DNA from: Sphingobacteriales bacterium
Lineage (GTDB): Bacteria > Bacteroidota > Bacteroidia > Chitinophagales > Chitinophagaceae
NCBI GenBank assembly: GCA_012270485.1
Contig: JAAXIF010000067.1
Coordinates: forward strand, 426-64,425
Direction of reading: 5' to 3'
DNA: 64,000 bases
The position numbers were made by a program, and so were the translations under genes. Positions within the stretch are counted from its first letter, which is position 1; each line of letters opens with the position of its first letter. The notes under the pieces were generated by a model that saw nothing but the letters and a program-made list of their open reading frames with translations, was not told the origin of the DNA and searched no databases. Below, piece by piece: positions 36,000-46,311 of the stretch.

Positions 36000-36312
36000 T
36001 ACCGCTAGTGTGGTTGAAACCAAAAGCCTGATTTCTATTAAAGGAAAAACAGGTAACCTGTATGAATCAATCGCCATTATTGCGCGCAGAGCTAATCAAA
36101 TCAATGTTTCATTGAGAGAAGAGCTGCACAATAAACTGGAAGAGTTTGCAAGTCATACAGACAGTCTGGAAGAAATCCATGAGAACAAAGAGCAGATCGA
36201 GATCTCAAGAGCTTACGAGAAAATGCCAAACCCGGCTATCCTCGCTACGCAGGAATTCATGGAAGACAAAATCTACCACAGAAAGAACAACGATAACGAT
36301 CTGTTCAGATAA
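35968..36312 (+). CDS. rpoZ: DNA-directed RNA polymerase omega subunit-like protein
   Basis: NLYESIAIIARRANQINVSLREEL. Position between bamD and coaBC. The start is uncertain (35968 or 35989). Confidence 0.6.
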   Translation: MSKLRRQMSANTASVVETKSLISIKGKTGNLYESIAIIARRANQINVSLREELHNKLEEFASHTDSLEEIHENKEQIEISRAYEKMPNPAILATQEFMEDKIYHRKNNDNDLFR

Positions 36313-36337
36313 GATCGTATCCCCGTATAATTTTATG

Positions 36338-36368
36338 AAAAACGACAGTTATTGAACTGTCGTTTTTT
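36338..36368 (+). terminator. Intrinsic terminator after rpoZ
   Basis: AAAAACGACAGTT-attg-AACTGTCGTTTTTT. Confidence 0.85.
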
Positions 36369-36387
36369 GTTACTTTGAGGGGAGATA

Positions 36388-36538
36388 GGTGAAATGTCAA
36401 TGGTGAATTGTGAATTGTGAATGGTGAATGAGGGGAGAGATTCATAAATCCAAATCATCATTGGTAAGGCAGTATAATTTTTGCCGTCATTATGTATGAA
36501 ATAAAAAACATTCACCATTCACAATTGACCATTCACAA
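36388..36538. repeat. GTGAATK heptamer inverted repeat abutting the coaBC start
   Basis: Left arm ggtgaaatgtcaatGGTGAATTGTGAATTGTGAATGGTGAATG. Right arm CATTCACCATTCACAATTGACCATTCACAA. A ~78-nt loop separates them. Confidence 0.8.
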
Positions 36539-36540
36539 AC

Positions 36541-37737
36541 ATGCTTAAAGGAAAAAAAATACTCGTTGGCATCACTGGAAGTATCGCTGCTTATAAGACC
36601 ATCACATTGGTTCGCTTACTCATCAAAGCAGGTGCTGAAGTAAAAGTGGTGATGACCAACGCCGCACGTGAGTTTGCTTCACCGGTTGTACTCTCTACAC
36701 TATCTAAAAATAAAGTCATCAATGACCTGGTAGAAGGCGATGAATGGTCTAACCATGTCATGCTCGGACGTTGGGCAGATGTATTTGTCATCGCTCCACT
36801 CAGTTGCAATACCATGGCTAAAATGGCGAATGGATTATGTGATAATGTTTTATTGGCTGTGTATTTATCTGCTACTTGTCCGGTAGTGATAGCACCCGCC
36901 ATGGATGAAGACATGTGGCACCATCCTTCCACCAAAAGAAACCTTGATCAGTTGGAGAAAGATGGTAATCAAGTCATCAGGGTAGGGAATGGTGAACTGG
37001 CGAGTGGCTTATTTGGAGAAGGAAGAATGGCAGAGCCGGAAGAAATTTGTCAGTACCTGATCGAACATTTTTTTCGTACCGAAGAATTGAAAGGTAAAAA
37101 AGCCATTGTTACTGCCGGACCCACTTATGAAGCGATAGATCCCGTTCGATTTATTGGTAATCACTCTTCCGGTAAAATGGGTTTTGCTATTGCGGAAGAA
37201 TTATACCTGCGTGGTGCGGAAGTACTGTTGATCGCAGGCCCTACCCATCAAAAGACCAATTACAAAGGAATACAAGTACGCGCAGTGGTATCGGGTGATC
37301 AGATGTATGAAGTAGCTACCCAAGAGTTTAGTGATGCGCATATCGCAGTGATGTCTGCAGCAGTTGCAGATTATAAACCTGTTAGTGCAGCAACCGATAA
37401 GATCAAAAAGAAACAAGATGCATGGGAAATTGCATTGGTGAAGAATAAAGACATCTTATTGCAACTGGGGAAAGATAAAAAGCAAGGTCAGTTTTTAATG
37501 GGCTTTGCATTGGAAACAAGCAATGAAAAAGAAAATGCATTGAGTAAGCTGCAGTCTAAGAATGCAGATGCTATTGTGCTCAATTCACTGAATGATAAAG
37601 ATGCCGGATTTGGTATTGATACCAATGACGTCACTATTTTTCATAGCAATGGAATCGAAGTAAAGACCGGCATAAAATCAAAGAAAGAAGTAGCAACCGA
37701 TATTGTTTCATTCATCATAAAACACCTACATGCGTAA
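36541..37737 (+). CDS. coaBC: Bifunctional phosphopantothenoylcysteine decarboxylase / phosphopantothenate-cysteine ligase
   Basis: ILVGITGSIAAYK..., PAMDEDMWHHP, VTAGPTYEAIDPVRFIGNHSSGKMG, AAVADYKP. Confidence 0.95.
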   Translation: MLKGKKILVGITGSIAAYKTITLVRLLIKAGAEVKVVMTNAAREFASPVVLSTLSKNKVINDLVEGDEWSNHVMLGRWADVFVIAPLSCNTMAKMANGLCDNVLLAVYLSATCPVVIAPAMDEDMWHHPSTKRNLDQLEKDGNQVIRVGNGELASGLFGEGRMAEPEEICQYLIEHFFRTEELKGKKAIVTAGPTYEAIDPVRFIGNHSSGKMGFAIAEELYLRGAEVLLIAGPTHQKTNYKGIQVRAVVSGDQMYEVATQEFSDAHIAVMSAAVADYKPVSAATDKIKKKQDAWEIALVKNKDILLQLGKDKKQGQFLMGFALETSNEKENALSKLQSKNADAIVLNSLNDKDAGFGIDTNDVTIFHSNGIEVKTGIKSKKEVATDIVSFIIKHLHA

Positions 37738-38650
37738 GAATTGGATGATCATGATTTTGTTTGCTTGTTTGGGTCTTGGCGTAAAAGCGCAGGAACTGCA
37801 GGCAAGGGTTACTGTATTATCAAATAGAGTAACCACGAATATTGATCGTAAAATATTCACCACGTTGCAAAATCAATTAACCAATCTGTTGAATAATCGT
37901 AAGTGGACAACGGATGCATACAAGCAAAATGAAAAAATTGAATGTAGTTTTATCTTGAATATTGAGAGTGTAGTGGACCCCAATATTTATAAAGCAACTT
38001 TGAATATTCAAGCAGCCCGTCCGGTGTATCATTCTTCCTACCAGGCAGCTTTGGTGAATTTTCAAGATCCGGATGTCACATTCAAGTACCTAGAATTTCA
38101 GCCGGTAGAATTCAATGAAAACAGAGTGCAGGGCACTGATGCAACAGTGGCAAATCTGACAGCTGTCTTCGCTTTTTATGTGTATACAATTCTAGGATTG
38201 GATTATGATTCTTTTTCACCCAAGGCCGGAGATTCTTATTTCAGAAAAGCACAAAATATTGTTGTCAATGCACCGGAGGGAAGGGGTATTTCCGGATGGA
38301 GAATTTTTGATGGATTGCGCAACCGATATTGGTTGAATGAAAACTTAATTAATACTCGCTATAACAGAATACATGATGTGATTTATGGTTATTATAGAAA
38401 TGGGTTGGATAATTTGTATGATAAAGAAGCCGAGGCTAGAAAAGGTATTTTAGATGCATTGATTCAATTGCAGTCTTTTGGCAAAGAGAATCCGAATACC
38501 ATGATCCAACAGTTTTTTATGCAGGGGAAGTATCAGGAATTGGTAGGTATCTTTAAAAAAGCACCATCAGTAGAAAAAGCAAAAGCTGTAGAACTATTGA
38601 GTGAGTTGGATGTGATCAATGCGGCAAAATATAAAGAGGAGTTGAGATGA
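37730..38650 (+). CDS. DUF4835-family secreted protein
   Basis: Signal peptide present. Position after coaBC is conserved in Bacteroidota. The family assignment is from memory of that synteny and sequence style. Confidence 0.5.
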   Translation: MRKNWMIMILFACLGLGVKAQELQARVTVLSNRVTTNIDRKIFTTLQNQLTNLLNNRKWTTDAYKQNEKIECSFILNIESVVDPNIYKATLNIQAARPVYHSSYQAALVNFQDPDVTFKYLEFQPVEFNENRVQGTDATVANLTAVFAFYVYTILGLDYDSFSPKAGDSYFRKAQNIVVNAPEGRGISGWRIFDGLRNRYWLNENLINTRYNRIHDVIYGYYRNGLDNLYDKEAEARKGILDALIQLQSFGKENPNTMIQQFFMQGKYQELVGIFKKAPSVEKAKAVELLSELDVINAAKYKEELR

Positions 38651-39006
38651 TGAAGAAATTATTGCTTTGTTGTTTAATGGGTACTATCATCGGATGCTCA
38701 AATGATGTTGATGGTCGTATTATTCCCATGGATAGCATGCAGGTGATCATGTGGGATATGATGAAGGCAGACGAAGTTTTTATTAGAAAGTTAGTTGCTG
38801 ATACCAATGCAACAAAAAATAAAGAAGATGTGAAGCTGTATGAAACCGTTTTTCGTATTCATAAAATAAGCAAGGATCGTTTTTTTGAGAGTTATCGGTA
38901 TTATGAAGCGCATCCAATCTTAATGAAAGAGATCATTGATTCAATTGATTCCAAGTCAAATCGTGAGCGTATTGAACGCTACAGTGGTAAAAGAAACAAA
39001 CTTTAA
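38647..39006 (+). CDS. DUF4296-like lipoprotein
   Basis: Lipobox IIGCSND, then MQVIMWDMMKADE...FESYRYYEAHP. Confidence 0.5.
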   Translation: MMKKLLLCCLMGTIIGCSNDVDGRIIPMDSMQVIMWDMMKADEVFIRKLVADTNATKNKEDVKLYETVFRIHKISKDRFFESYRYYEAHPILMKEIIDSIDSKSNRERIERYSGKRNKL

Positions 39007-39008
39007 TA

Positions 39009-39719
39009 TTGCAAGCTATGAATAAAGTATTTGCAAGTGCAGAAGCAGCGATACAAGATATACATGATGGAGCAACGCTGATGCTGGGCGGATTTGGATT
39101 GAATGGGATCCCTGAAAATACCATTGCTGCATTGGTAAAAAAAGGTGTGAAAGACCTTACTTGTATTTCCAATAATGCAGGTGTGGATGATTTTGGTCTG
39201 GGTTTACTCTTGAAGACCCGACAGATCAAAAAAATGATGAGTAGTTATGTGGGAGAGAATGCAGAGTTTGAGAGACAGCTCTTAAGTGGAGAATTGGAAG
39301 TTGATCTGATTCCACAAGGCACTTTGGCAACACGTATTCAGATGGCGGGAATGGGTATCCCTGCATTTTTTACACCCGCAGGCTATGGAACGGAGATCGC
39401 AGAAGGAAAAGAAGTACGTGTATTCAACGGGAAGCCGCATCTCATGGAAATGGCATTACATGCAGATTTCGCCATTGTGAAAGCATGGAAGGGCGATACT
39501 TTAGGAAATCTGGTATTCAGAAAAACGACCAGAAATTTTTCTACTTCCATGGCAAAAGCAGGAAACATCACCATTGCAGAAGTAGAACAGCTCGTTCAAC
39601 CCGGAGAATTAGATCCTGATGAAATTCATGTTGGAGGTGTATACGTGCATCGCATCTTTGAAGGCAAGGGATATGAGAAGCGAGTAGAAAGAAAAACAGT
39701 TAAATTAAGTGAAAAGTGA
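39009..39719 (+). CDS. 3-oxoacid CoA-transferase subunit A
   Basis: GATLMLGGFGLNGIPEN..., SNNAG..., GELEVDLIPQGTLATRI. Confidence 0.93.
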   Translation: MQAMNKVFASAEAAIQDIHDGATLMLGGFGLNGIPENTIAALVKKGVKDLTCISNNAGVDDFGLGLLLKTRQIKKMMSSYVGENAEFERQLLSGELEVDLIPQGTLATRIQMAGMGIPAFFTPAGYGTEIAEGKEVRVFNGKPHLMEMALHADFAIVKAWKGDTLGNLVFRKTTRNFSTSMAKAGNITIAEVEQLVQPGELDPDEIHVGGVYVHRIFEGKGYEKRVERKTVKLSEK

Positions 39720-39786
39720 AAGGTGAAAAGTGAAACGGTTGTAAAAGATAATTTCTTCTTTTCACCTTTCACTTTTCACGTTTCAC
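39709..39786. repeat. GTGAAAR heptamer inverted repeat between CoA-transferase A and B
   Basis: GTGAAAA|GTGAAAG|GTGAAAA|GTGAAAC ... CTTTTCACCTTTCACTTTTCACGTTTCAC: about 21 bp of perfect pairing. The subunit A stop codon lies inside the left arm. Confidence 0.85.
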
Positions 39787-39800
39787 AAAAAAAATCTCCT

Positions 39801-40457
39801 ATGGCTTTAGATAAATTCGGAATTGCGAAAAGAATCGCGCAAGAATTGCGGGATGGTATGTATGTGAATTTGGGGATCGGTATTCCTACCTTGGTATCCA
39901 ATTTTATACCCGAGGGAATGACAGTGATTTTTCAGAGTGAGAATGGTATTCTTGGCATGGGACCTTATCCCACAGATGATCAAGTAGATGCAGATCTGAT
40001 CAATGCCGGTAAAGAAACAGTAACCGTGATACCCGGCGGTGCATTTTTTGATAGTGCAGAAAGTTTTGGAATGATACGTGCAGGCAAAATTGATTTAACA
40101 GTATTGGGTGCCATGGAAGTGAGTGAGAAAGGCGATATCGCCAATTGGAAAATACCCGGTAAAATGGTGAAAGGAATGGGTGGAGCCATGGATCTGGTCG
40201 CCAGTGCCAGGAATATCATTGTTGCCATGATGCATACCAATCCGAAAGGAGAAAGTAAACTACTTCCTGCTTGTTCACTTCCTTTAACGGGTGTGGGTTG
40301 TGTTAAAAAAGTAGTGACAGAACTGGCAGTACTGGATATCACAGGGGAGGGATTTGTCTTATTGGAAAGAGCGCCGGGTGTTACCGTTGAGGAAATCATC
40401 GCTAAAACAGCCGGAAAACTTATCGTACCTGATCATGTACCGGAGATGCAATTATAA
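39801..40457 (+). CDS. 3-oxoacid CoA-transferase subunit B
   Basis: Start at the internal ATG ([16 protein letters not shown]). Motifs [10 protein letters not shown] and GGAMDLV. The upstream track extension is translated repeat. Confidence 0.93.
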   Translation: MALDKFGIAKRIAQELRDGMYVNLGIGIPTLVSNFIPEGMTVIFQSENGILGMGPYPTDDQVDADLINAGKETVTVIPGGAFFDSAESFGMIRAGKIDLTVLGAMEVSEKGDIANWKIPGKMVKGMGGAMDLVASARNIIVAMMHTNPKGESKLLPACSLPLTGVGCVKKVVTELAVLDITGEGFVLLERAPGVTVEEIIAKTAGKLIVPDHVPEMQL

Positions 40458-40538
40458 TAACGGTTTATTTGTCTTGCAACTTTTATCTTTGAATCTTGTT
40501 TGTCTATTTATCTAATCATCATCAATAAAATACAACTT

Positions 40539-41012
40539 ATGAGTATTCAGGCTGGTGCAGTAGCACCTCAGTTCTCTCTTTTTGATACCGATAAAAACAA
40601 AGTATCACTGGCTGATCAGAAAGGAAAAAATGTAGTCGTGCTGTTTTTCCCGTTAGCATTCACCGGTGTGTGTACAGCGGAACTTTGTAATGTAAGGGAT
40701 AATATCGCTCTTTATAACAATACCAACGCCATTGTATTTGGTATATCAGTGGATTCATTGTTCTCTTTGGGTAAATTCCGTGATGAGCAAAAATTGAATT
40801 TCCGGTTGCTGAGTGATTTCAACAAAGAAGCTGCGAGTGCTTATGGTGTGCTTTATGAAACTTTCCCTGCTTTTGATATGCTAGGTGTAAGCAAACGTGC
40901 GGCATTTGTGATTGATAAAGAAGGAGTGGTTCGCTATGCAGAAGTATGTCCAACCCCTGGTGATCTTCCCAATTTCGAAGCCATCCAGCAAACACTCAAT
41001 AGTCTGAATTAA
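40539..41012 (+). CDS. Peroxiredoxin (AhpC/TSA, BCP-like)
   Basis: VVLFFPLAFTGVCTAELC active-site context. Confidence 0.85.
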   Translation: MSIQAGAVAPQFSLFDTDKNKVSLADQKGKNVVVLFFPLAFTGVCTAELCNVRDNIALYNNTNAIVFGISVDSLFSLGKFRDEQKLNFRLLSDFNKEAASAYGVLYETFPAFDMLGVSKRAAFVIDKEGVVRYAEVCPTPGDLPNFEAIQQTLNSLN

Positions 41013-41034
41013 GCTGTTTTGATCTGTTGATAAG

Positions 41035-41093
41035 TCCGCTGTCTATGAAGTTTAGCTTAAAAAAGTAGCTTCCAGACAGCGGATTTTGTATTT
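41035..41093 (+). terminator. Probable terminator after the peroxiredoxin gene
   Basis: TCCGCTGTCT, a 29-nt loop, AGACAGCGGA, then TTTTGTATTT. Confidence 0.55.
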
Positions 41094-41162
41094 CCGGGGT
41101 CATTTTAACGTAGGTTTTTGCATAAATCGACGTCTTTGACTATTTTAGAGTATTATTAACCT

Positions 41163-41525
41163 ATGGGAAATCGTTACACAGTCATCTTATTGATTTGTAT
41201 GATCCTCGGAAGCAGTTATGCTCCCGACACAGTTTCCTATACCAACAACGAAATTCCTTTCGGAGAAACCGCTTCAAAAGTTACCCGTTTCTATCCCAAC
41301 CCCGCTACTACTGTCATTAATTTTGAGTTTGACAAAACTGTTGATAGAACCTATACTTTATTGATCACCAATTTTCTAGGAAAGCGTATGACCGAGCTGA
41401 GGATCAATGAGTCAAAAATCACGGTGTCTTTGGATGATCAGTACTATCGTGGACTGTATATCTATCAACTAAGAGACCAAAGCAATCGCATTATTGAATC
41501 CGGACGTTTTCAAGTGGTGAAATAA
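41163..41525 (+). CDS. Small secreted protein with T9SS C-terminal sorting domain
   Basis: FYPNPATTVINFEF...LYIYQLRDQSNRIIESGRFQVVK matches the Por secretion CTD pattern. Confidence 0.75.
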   Translation: MGNRYTVILLICMILGSSYAPDTVSYTNNEIPFGETASKVTRFYPNPATTVINFEFDKTVDRTYTLLITNFLGKRMTELRINESKITVSLDDQYYRGLYIYQLRDQSNRIIESGRFQVVK

Positions 41526-41604
41526 CCACTTCGGGCTTCTCTTTTTATTTTCCTTATATTTAATCTTAACCTACGGGTTATTTTTTTATTAATACCAAAG
41601 CCAT

Positions 41605-44600
41605 ATGAAAATGCTGCTACGTAGCGTACTGCTATCGCTTACTTATTTTCTGTTCTTATCTGCATTTGCACAAAACAAAACTTCAGGAGTGGAGTGGAAT
41701 GCAGGAACCTTTTCCAATCTAAAATTCAGATCCATCGGTCCGGCAGTGACTTCCGGACGAATTGCTGATTTTGCTGTAAATCCTGCCAATACCAGTGAGT
41801 ATTATGTTGCTACGGCAGCCGGCGGTGTTTGGAAAACAACCAATCACGGTGTTACTTTTCAACCTGTATTTGATGCACAAGGATCTTATTCTATTGGTTG
41901 TGTTACCATTGATCCTAATAATAGTAATGTGGTGTGGGTGGGTTCAGGAGAAAATAATAACCAGCGCTCCGTTTCTTATGGCGATGGCGTTTATAAGTCT
42001 GAAGATGGCGGTAAGACCTGGAAAAATATGGGTTTGAAAAACGCTGAGCATATTGCTGAAATCATTGTAGATCCTACGAATTCCAACATCATTTATGTGG
42101 CCGCTTATGGACCGGTTTGGAATGAAGGAGGAGATCGCGGTGTGTATAAATCAGTGGATGGCGGACAAACATGGAACCTCATCAAATCAATCAGTGCTTA
42201 TACCGGTTGTAATGATTTGGTAATGGATCCTCGTAATCCGAATGTGTTGTATGCTGCTTTTCATCAGCGAATGAGAAAAGTGTTCACGTATATCGGTGGT
42301 GGACCTGAATCAGCACTCTATAAAACAACAGATGGTGGTACTACCTGGAAAAAAATGGAAGGTGGATTTCCGGGTGGAGAACTGGGGAGAATCGGATTGG
42401 CGATCAGTCCTGTGAATCCGGATGTATTGTATACTGTTATAGAAGCAAAAGACAACAAAGGCGGTATTTATTTATCAAGAGATAAAGGTGTGAGTTGGGA
42501 AAAAAGAAGTGGTTATGCAACTTCAGGTAATTACTATCAAGAAATTACTTGCGATCCTGTGGATGTAAATCGCATTTTTATTACAGACGTATATTATAAA
42601 GTGAGTGATGATGCAGGTAAATCTGTATACAATCTCGGAGAAATCAATAAACATATCGATAACCATGCTATCTGGATCGATCCTACTGATACCGATCATT
42701 TGATGGTAGGTTGTGATGGGGGTATTTATGAAACCTGGGATTTTGCGAAGAGTTGGGATTTCAAATCAAATTTACCGGTTACACAGTTTTATAAAGTAGC
42801 TACTGATAATGCATATCCATTTTATAGTGTACATGGCGGTACACAAGATAATTTGAGTTTAGGTGGACCCAGTCGCACCACATCTGCAAATGGTATTGTA
42901 AATGCAGATTGGTATATCACGTCTATTGGTGATGGTTTTGAAACACAGGTAGATCAATCCAATCCTGATATCATCTATGCCCAAAGTCAATATGGTGGAC
43001 TCGTTCGTTTTGATCGTAAAAGTGGAGAATATCTTTCCATCAAACCATCGGAAGGAGAGAATGAACCTGCGTATCGTTGGAATTGGGATGCACCATTACT
43101 CATTAGTCAGCACGACAATGCTCGCTTATACTTTGGAGCCAATAAATTATTCAGAACAGATGATAGAGGCAATAGCTGGAAAGTGATCAGTCCTGATCTT
43201 ACACGTCAGGTAGATAGAAATAAATTTGAAGTGATGGGCAAAGTATGGTCGGTAGATGCCATCGCAAAAAACGGTAGTACAGATATATACGGACAGCTCA
43301 CGACTGTTGCAGAATCCAAATTGAATCAGAATATGATCTGGGTGGGTACTGATGATGGCTTGATTCAACTGACGACAGATGGTGGTGCCAATTGGACAAA
43401 ATTTGATAATCTTCCGGGTGTACCACCGATGAGTTATGTACACCAGATCATCGCATCATTGCATGATGTGAATACGGCATATGTTTGTTTCAATCAGCAT
43501 CGTAATGGTGATTTTAAACCTTATGTACTCAAGACGACCGATGCAGGTAAGACATGGAAACCCATTCAATCGAATTTGCCACAAAGAGGAAGTGTATATA
43601 CCATTGCAGAAGATCATGTTGATCGCGATCTGTTATTTGTAGGAACTGAATTTGGTGTATTCTTCTCAAATAATGGCGGACAAGAATGGACGCAATTAAA
43701 AGGCGGCTTACCGGTAGCGGCTGTACGTGATATGGAAATTCAGCGTCGAGAGAATGACCTGGTGATTGCAACATTTGGTCGTGGGTTTTATATTTTGGAT
43801 GATTATAGTGTATTGAGAAATTTCAAAAAAGAAACACTCAATAAAGACGCTGTGATTTTCCCTGTGAAAGAAAGCTTGATGTTCATTGAAAGATATCCAT
43901 TAGGCTTACGTGATAAGGGACATTTGGGTAGTAGTTATTTCAGTACACCCAATCCCTCTGTAGGTGCAGTATTTACTTACTACGTAAAAGAAGACAGTAA
44001 AAAGTTACGTGATCTTCGATTGGAACAAGAAAAGGCGAAAGGAGAGAAGGGAGAGAAAATATATTATCCATCCATGGATAGTTTACGAATGGAAGACAAT
44101 CAACCTGAACCCTATTTGTTATTTACGATTCGAGATAAAGCCGGAGATGTGGTTCGTCATTTAAAAGCACCGGCGAAAAAAGGGTTACAAAAAATTGTTT
44201 GGGATTTCCGTTACGCTACACCGGCACCTGTACTGGGTAGAGTAACACTTGCTCCTGATCAATTATTTGGGGGAGAAGAAAAGGGACATCTGGCTATGCC
44301 GGGAGAATACACTGTTTCATTATCAAAGTATGAAGACGGCAAACTCACTGAACTTACAAGTCCGGTAAGCTTCACTTGCAAATTGTTACAGCAAAGCAGC
44401 TTACCGGTGAATATGGAAGAGAATGTGAAGTTCTATAAACAAGTTGCTGCACTCAGAAAAGCTGCAAGTGCTACGTCAGATCTCTTTAATAATATGCGTA
44501 ATCGATTGAACAATATCAATACTGCTACGAATGATATGTTAGCAGCGCCAAAATCAATACTGGAAAGAGCGTATGCATTGACGCAAGAATTGAATACGAT

Positions 44601-44883
44601 TGGTATTCAGCTCAATGGTGATCAATCAGTTGCAAGAAGAGAATTTGAAACCGCTCCATCTATCAATGGAAGAATAGGTGATGTTGAGGGGGGTATTTGG
44701 AATTCTACGTCTGTGATTACAGAAACATTTAAAAAAGATTATGCAATTGCTTCTAAAGGATTAACCGCTGTGCTTACAGCCATGCGTAAACTTGATACGG
44801 CCATAACAGCATTGGAAAAAGAACTGGACCTGAATAAAGCACCTTACACACCGGGCAGATGGCCTGAGTGGGGGGAGAGGTGA
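41605..44883 (+). CDS. Sortilin/VPS10-type BNR-repeat beta-propeller protein (GH74-like)
   Basis: 1092 aa with a signal peptide and repeated Asp-box motifs (SEDGGKTW, SVDGGQTW, TTDGGTTW, SRDKGVSW, TTDGGANW, TTDAGKTW, SNNGGQEW). Confidence 0.8.
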   Translation: MKMLLRSVLLSLTYFLFLSAFAQNKTSGVEWNAGTFSNLKFRSIGPAVTSGRIADFAVNPANTSEYYVATAAGGVWKTTNHGVTFQPVFDAQGSYSIGCVTIDPNNSNVVWVGSGENNNQRSVSYGDGVYKSEDGGKTWKNMGLKNAEHIAEIIVDPTNSNIIYVAAYGPVWNEGGDRGVYKSVDGGQTWNLIKSISAYTGCNDLVMDPRNPNVLYAAFHQRMRKVFTYIGGGPESALYKTTDGGTTWKKMEGGFPGGELGRIGLAISPVNPDVLYTVIEAKDNKGGIYLSRDKGVSWEKRSGYATSGNYYQEITCDPVDVNRIFITDVYYKVSDDAGKSVYNLGEINKHIDNHAIWIDPTDTDHLMVGCDGGIYETWDFAKSWDFKSNLPVTQFYKVATDNAYPFYSVHGGTQDNLSLGGPSRTTSANGIVNADWYITSIGDGFETQVDQSNPDIIYAQSQYGGLVRFDRKSGEYLSIKPSEGENEPAYRWNWDAPLLISQHDNARLYFGANKLFRTDDRGNSWKVISPDLTRQVDRNKFEVMGKVWSVDAIAKNGSTDIYGQLTTVAESKLNQNMIWVGTDDGLIQLTTDGGANWTKFDNLPGVPPMSYVHQIIASLHDVNTAYVCFNQHRNGDFKPYVLKTTDAGKTWKPIQSNLPQRGSVYTIAEDHVDRDLLFVGTEFGVFFSNNGGQEWTQLKGGLPVAAVRDMEIQRRENDLVIATFGRGFYILDDYSVLRNFKKETLNKDAVIFPVKESLMFIERYPLGLRDKGHLGSSYFSTPNPSVGAVFTYYVKEDSKKLRDLRLEQEKAKGEKGEKIYYPSMDSLRMEDNQPEPYLLFTIRDKAGDVVRHLKAPAKKGLQKIVWDFRYATPAPVLGRVTLAPDQLFGGEEKGHLAMPGEYTVSLSKYEDGKLTELTSPVSFTCKLLQQSSLPVNMEENVKFYKQVAALRKAASATSDLFNNMRNRLNNINTATNDMLAAPKSILERAYALTQELNTIGIQLNGDQSVARREFETAPSINGRIGDVEGGIWNSTSVITETFKKDYAIASKGLTAVLTAMRKLDTAITALEKELDLNKAPYTPGRWPEWGER

Positions 44884-44896
44884 AAAGTGAAAAGTG

Positions 44897-44931
44897 AAAA
44901 CTCTGTGGTAAAATAAACCACAGAGTTTTTT
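44897..44931. terminator. Bidirectional terminator between convergent genes
   Basis: AAAACTCTGTGGT-aaaataa-ACCACAGAGTTTTTT, preceded by GTGAAAA word repeats (44879-44901) that contain the stop codon. Confidence 0.85.
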
Positions 44932-44956
44932 ATAAATCAGACATCCGACATTCTCT

Positions 44957-46132
44957 CTATCTATCCGTAACCTCCACAATCAAAAATTTCAAATAGTTGG
45001 TGTTCTCCAACCCCCAAATGATCGGATGATCACTGGCTTGTGCTTGGAATGTAACCTGTCTAATCTTTTTACGGGCATCTTTCGCGGCCATTTCGATGGT
45101 CTGTAAAAACAGTTCGGGTTGAACGAGATTGGTACAACTGGAAGTCACTAAAAATCCTCCATTGCGAATCAGTTTCATACCTCTGAGGTTGATCTCTTTA
45201 TAACCTGTAATGGCTTTTTGAATATTTTCCCTGCTCTTGGTAAAGGCAGGTGGGTCTAACATTACCACATCATATTGTCTGCCATCCTTACCCCATTGTT
45301 TCAATACATCAAATGCATTCATGGCTTCAAACTTGCAAATGTTTTCAAGTCCGTTGAGTGCTGCATTTCTATTAGCTTGAGTCACTGCATTTTCAGAAAT
45401 ATCCAAACCTAAAACAGATTTTGCTCCGTAATGTGCGGCATGAATTTCAAAAGTGCCGGTATAGGTGAAAGCACCTAATACTTCTGCACCTTTTACAATA
45501 TGCTGAATGGCTCTTCTGTTATCTTGTTGATCTAAGAAGTAACCTGTTTTTTGTCCGTTCTCAATATCTACATGAAACTTTAATCCATTTTCTTGGATGA
45601 TGATATTGGTATCGAATGATGCAGATAAAAATCCTTTCTGCTGTGTTAATCCCTCCAGTTCACGAACGGGTACATCATTTCTTTCATAGATGCCTTTTGG
45701 GGAGAATATAGATTCCAGCGCTTTTACAATGGCAGGTTTCCATTGATCCATTCCATATGACAAGGTTTGTAAAACAAAATAGTCATTGAATTTATCGATG
45801 ATGAGTGCAGGCATTTGATCGGCTTCTCCAAAAATCAAACGGCAATTTTCTGTATACCCGATTTTTTGTCGGTACTGCCAAGCATTGGCAATACGGTCAT
45901 GAAAAAACTGGTCATTGATCTCTTCCTGTTTGCGGGTGAGCAGCCTGACCATGATCTGCGATTTTGGGTTTGCATATCCTCTGCCGGCGTATTTCCCATC
46001 TGCATAATAGACATCCACAATCTCTCCGGCTTCAACAGGTCCGGTTACCCTCTCTACCTCATTTCCAAATATCCAAGGGTGCCCGTTGGCAATACGCTGG
46101 GCGATTTTTTTTCTAAGATATACTTTCGTCAT
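44957..46132 (-). CDS. rlmI: 23S rRNA (cytosine-C5) methyltransferase RlmI-like (PUA + class I SAM MTase)
   Basis: RIANGHPWIF..., GAEVLGAFTYTGTF, VMLDPPAF. Start at ATG 46132. Confidence 0.85.
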   Translation of the reverse strand: MTKVYLRKKIAQRIANGHPWIFGNEVERVTGPVEAGEIVDVYYADGKYAGRGYANPKSQIMVRLLTRKQEEINDQFFHDRIANAWQYRQKIGYTENCRLIFGEADQMPALIIDKFNDYFVLQTLSYGMDQWKPAIVKALESIFSPKGIYERNDVPVRELEGLTQQKGFLSASFDTNIIIQENGLKFHVDIENGQKTGYFLDQQDNRRAIQHIVKGAEVLGAFTYTGTFEIHAAHYGAKSVLGLDISENAVTQANRNAALNGLENICKFEAMNAFDVLKQWGKDGRQYDVVMLDPPAFTKSRENIQKAITGYKEINLRGMKLIRNGGFLVTSSCTNLVQPELFLQTIEMAAKDARKKIRQVTFQAQASDHPIIWGLENTNYLKFLIVEVTDR

Positions 46133-46311
46133 GCCGCGAAGATAATCCACACCCTCCAAGCCCTGTTCTTTGGCAGCTAAAAACCTGAAAAACAGGGCAT
46201 TTGACTGACAGGAAGCCTTGATTTATCAGGCAGACTGTCAATTTTTCCCGTTTCTTTGCATCGGCAAAATTTTTGACAGTCTTGCCCCGAAAAGTATTCA
46301 ACAAAATAATT

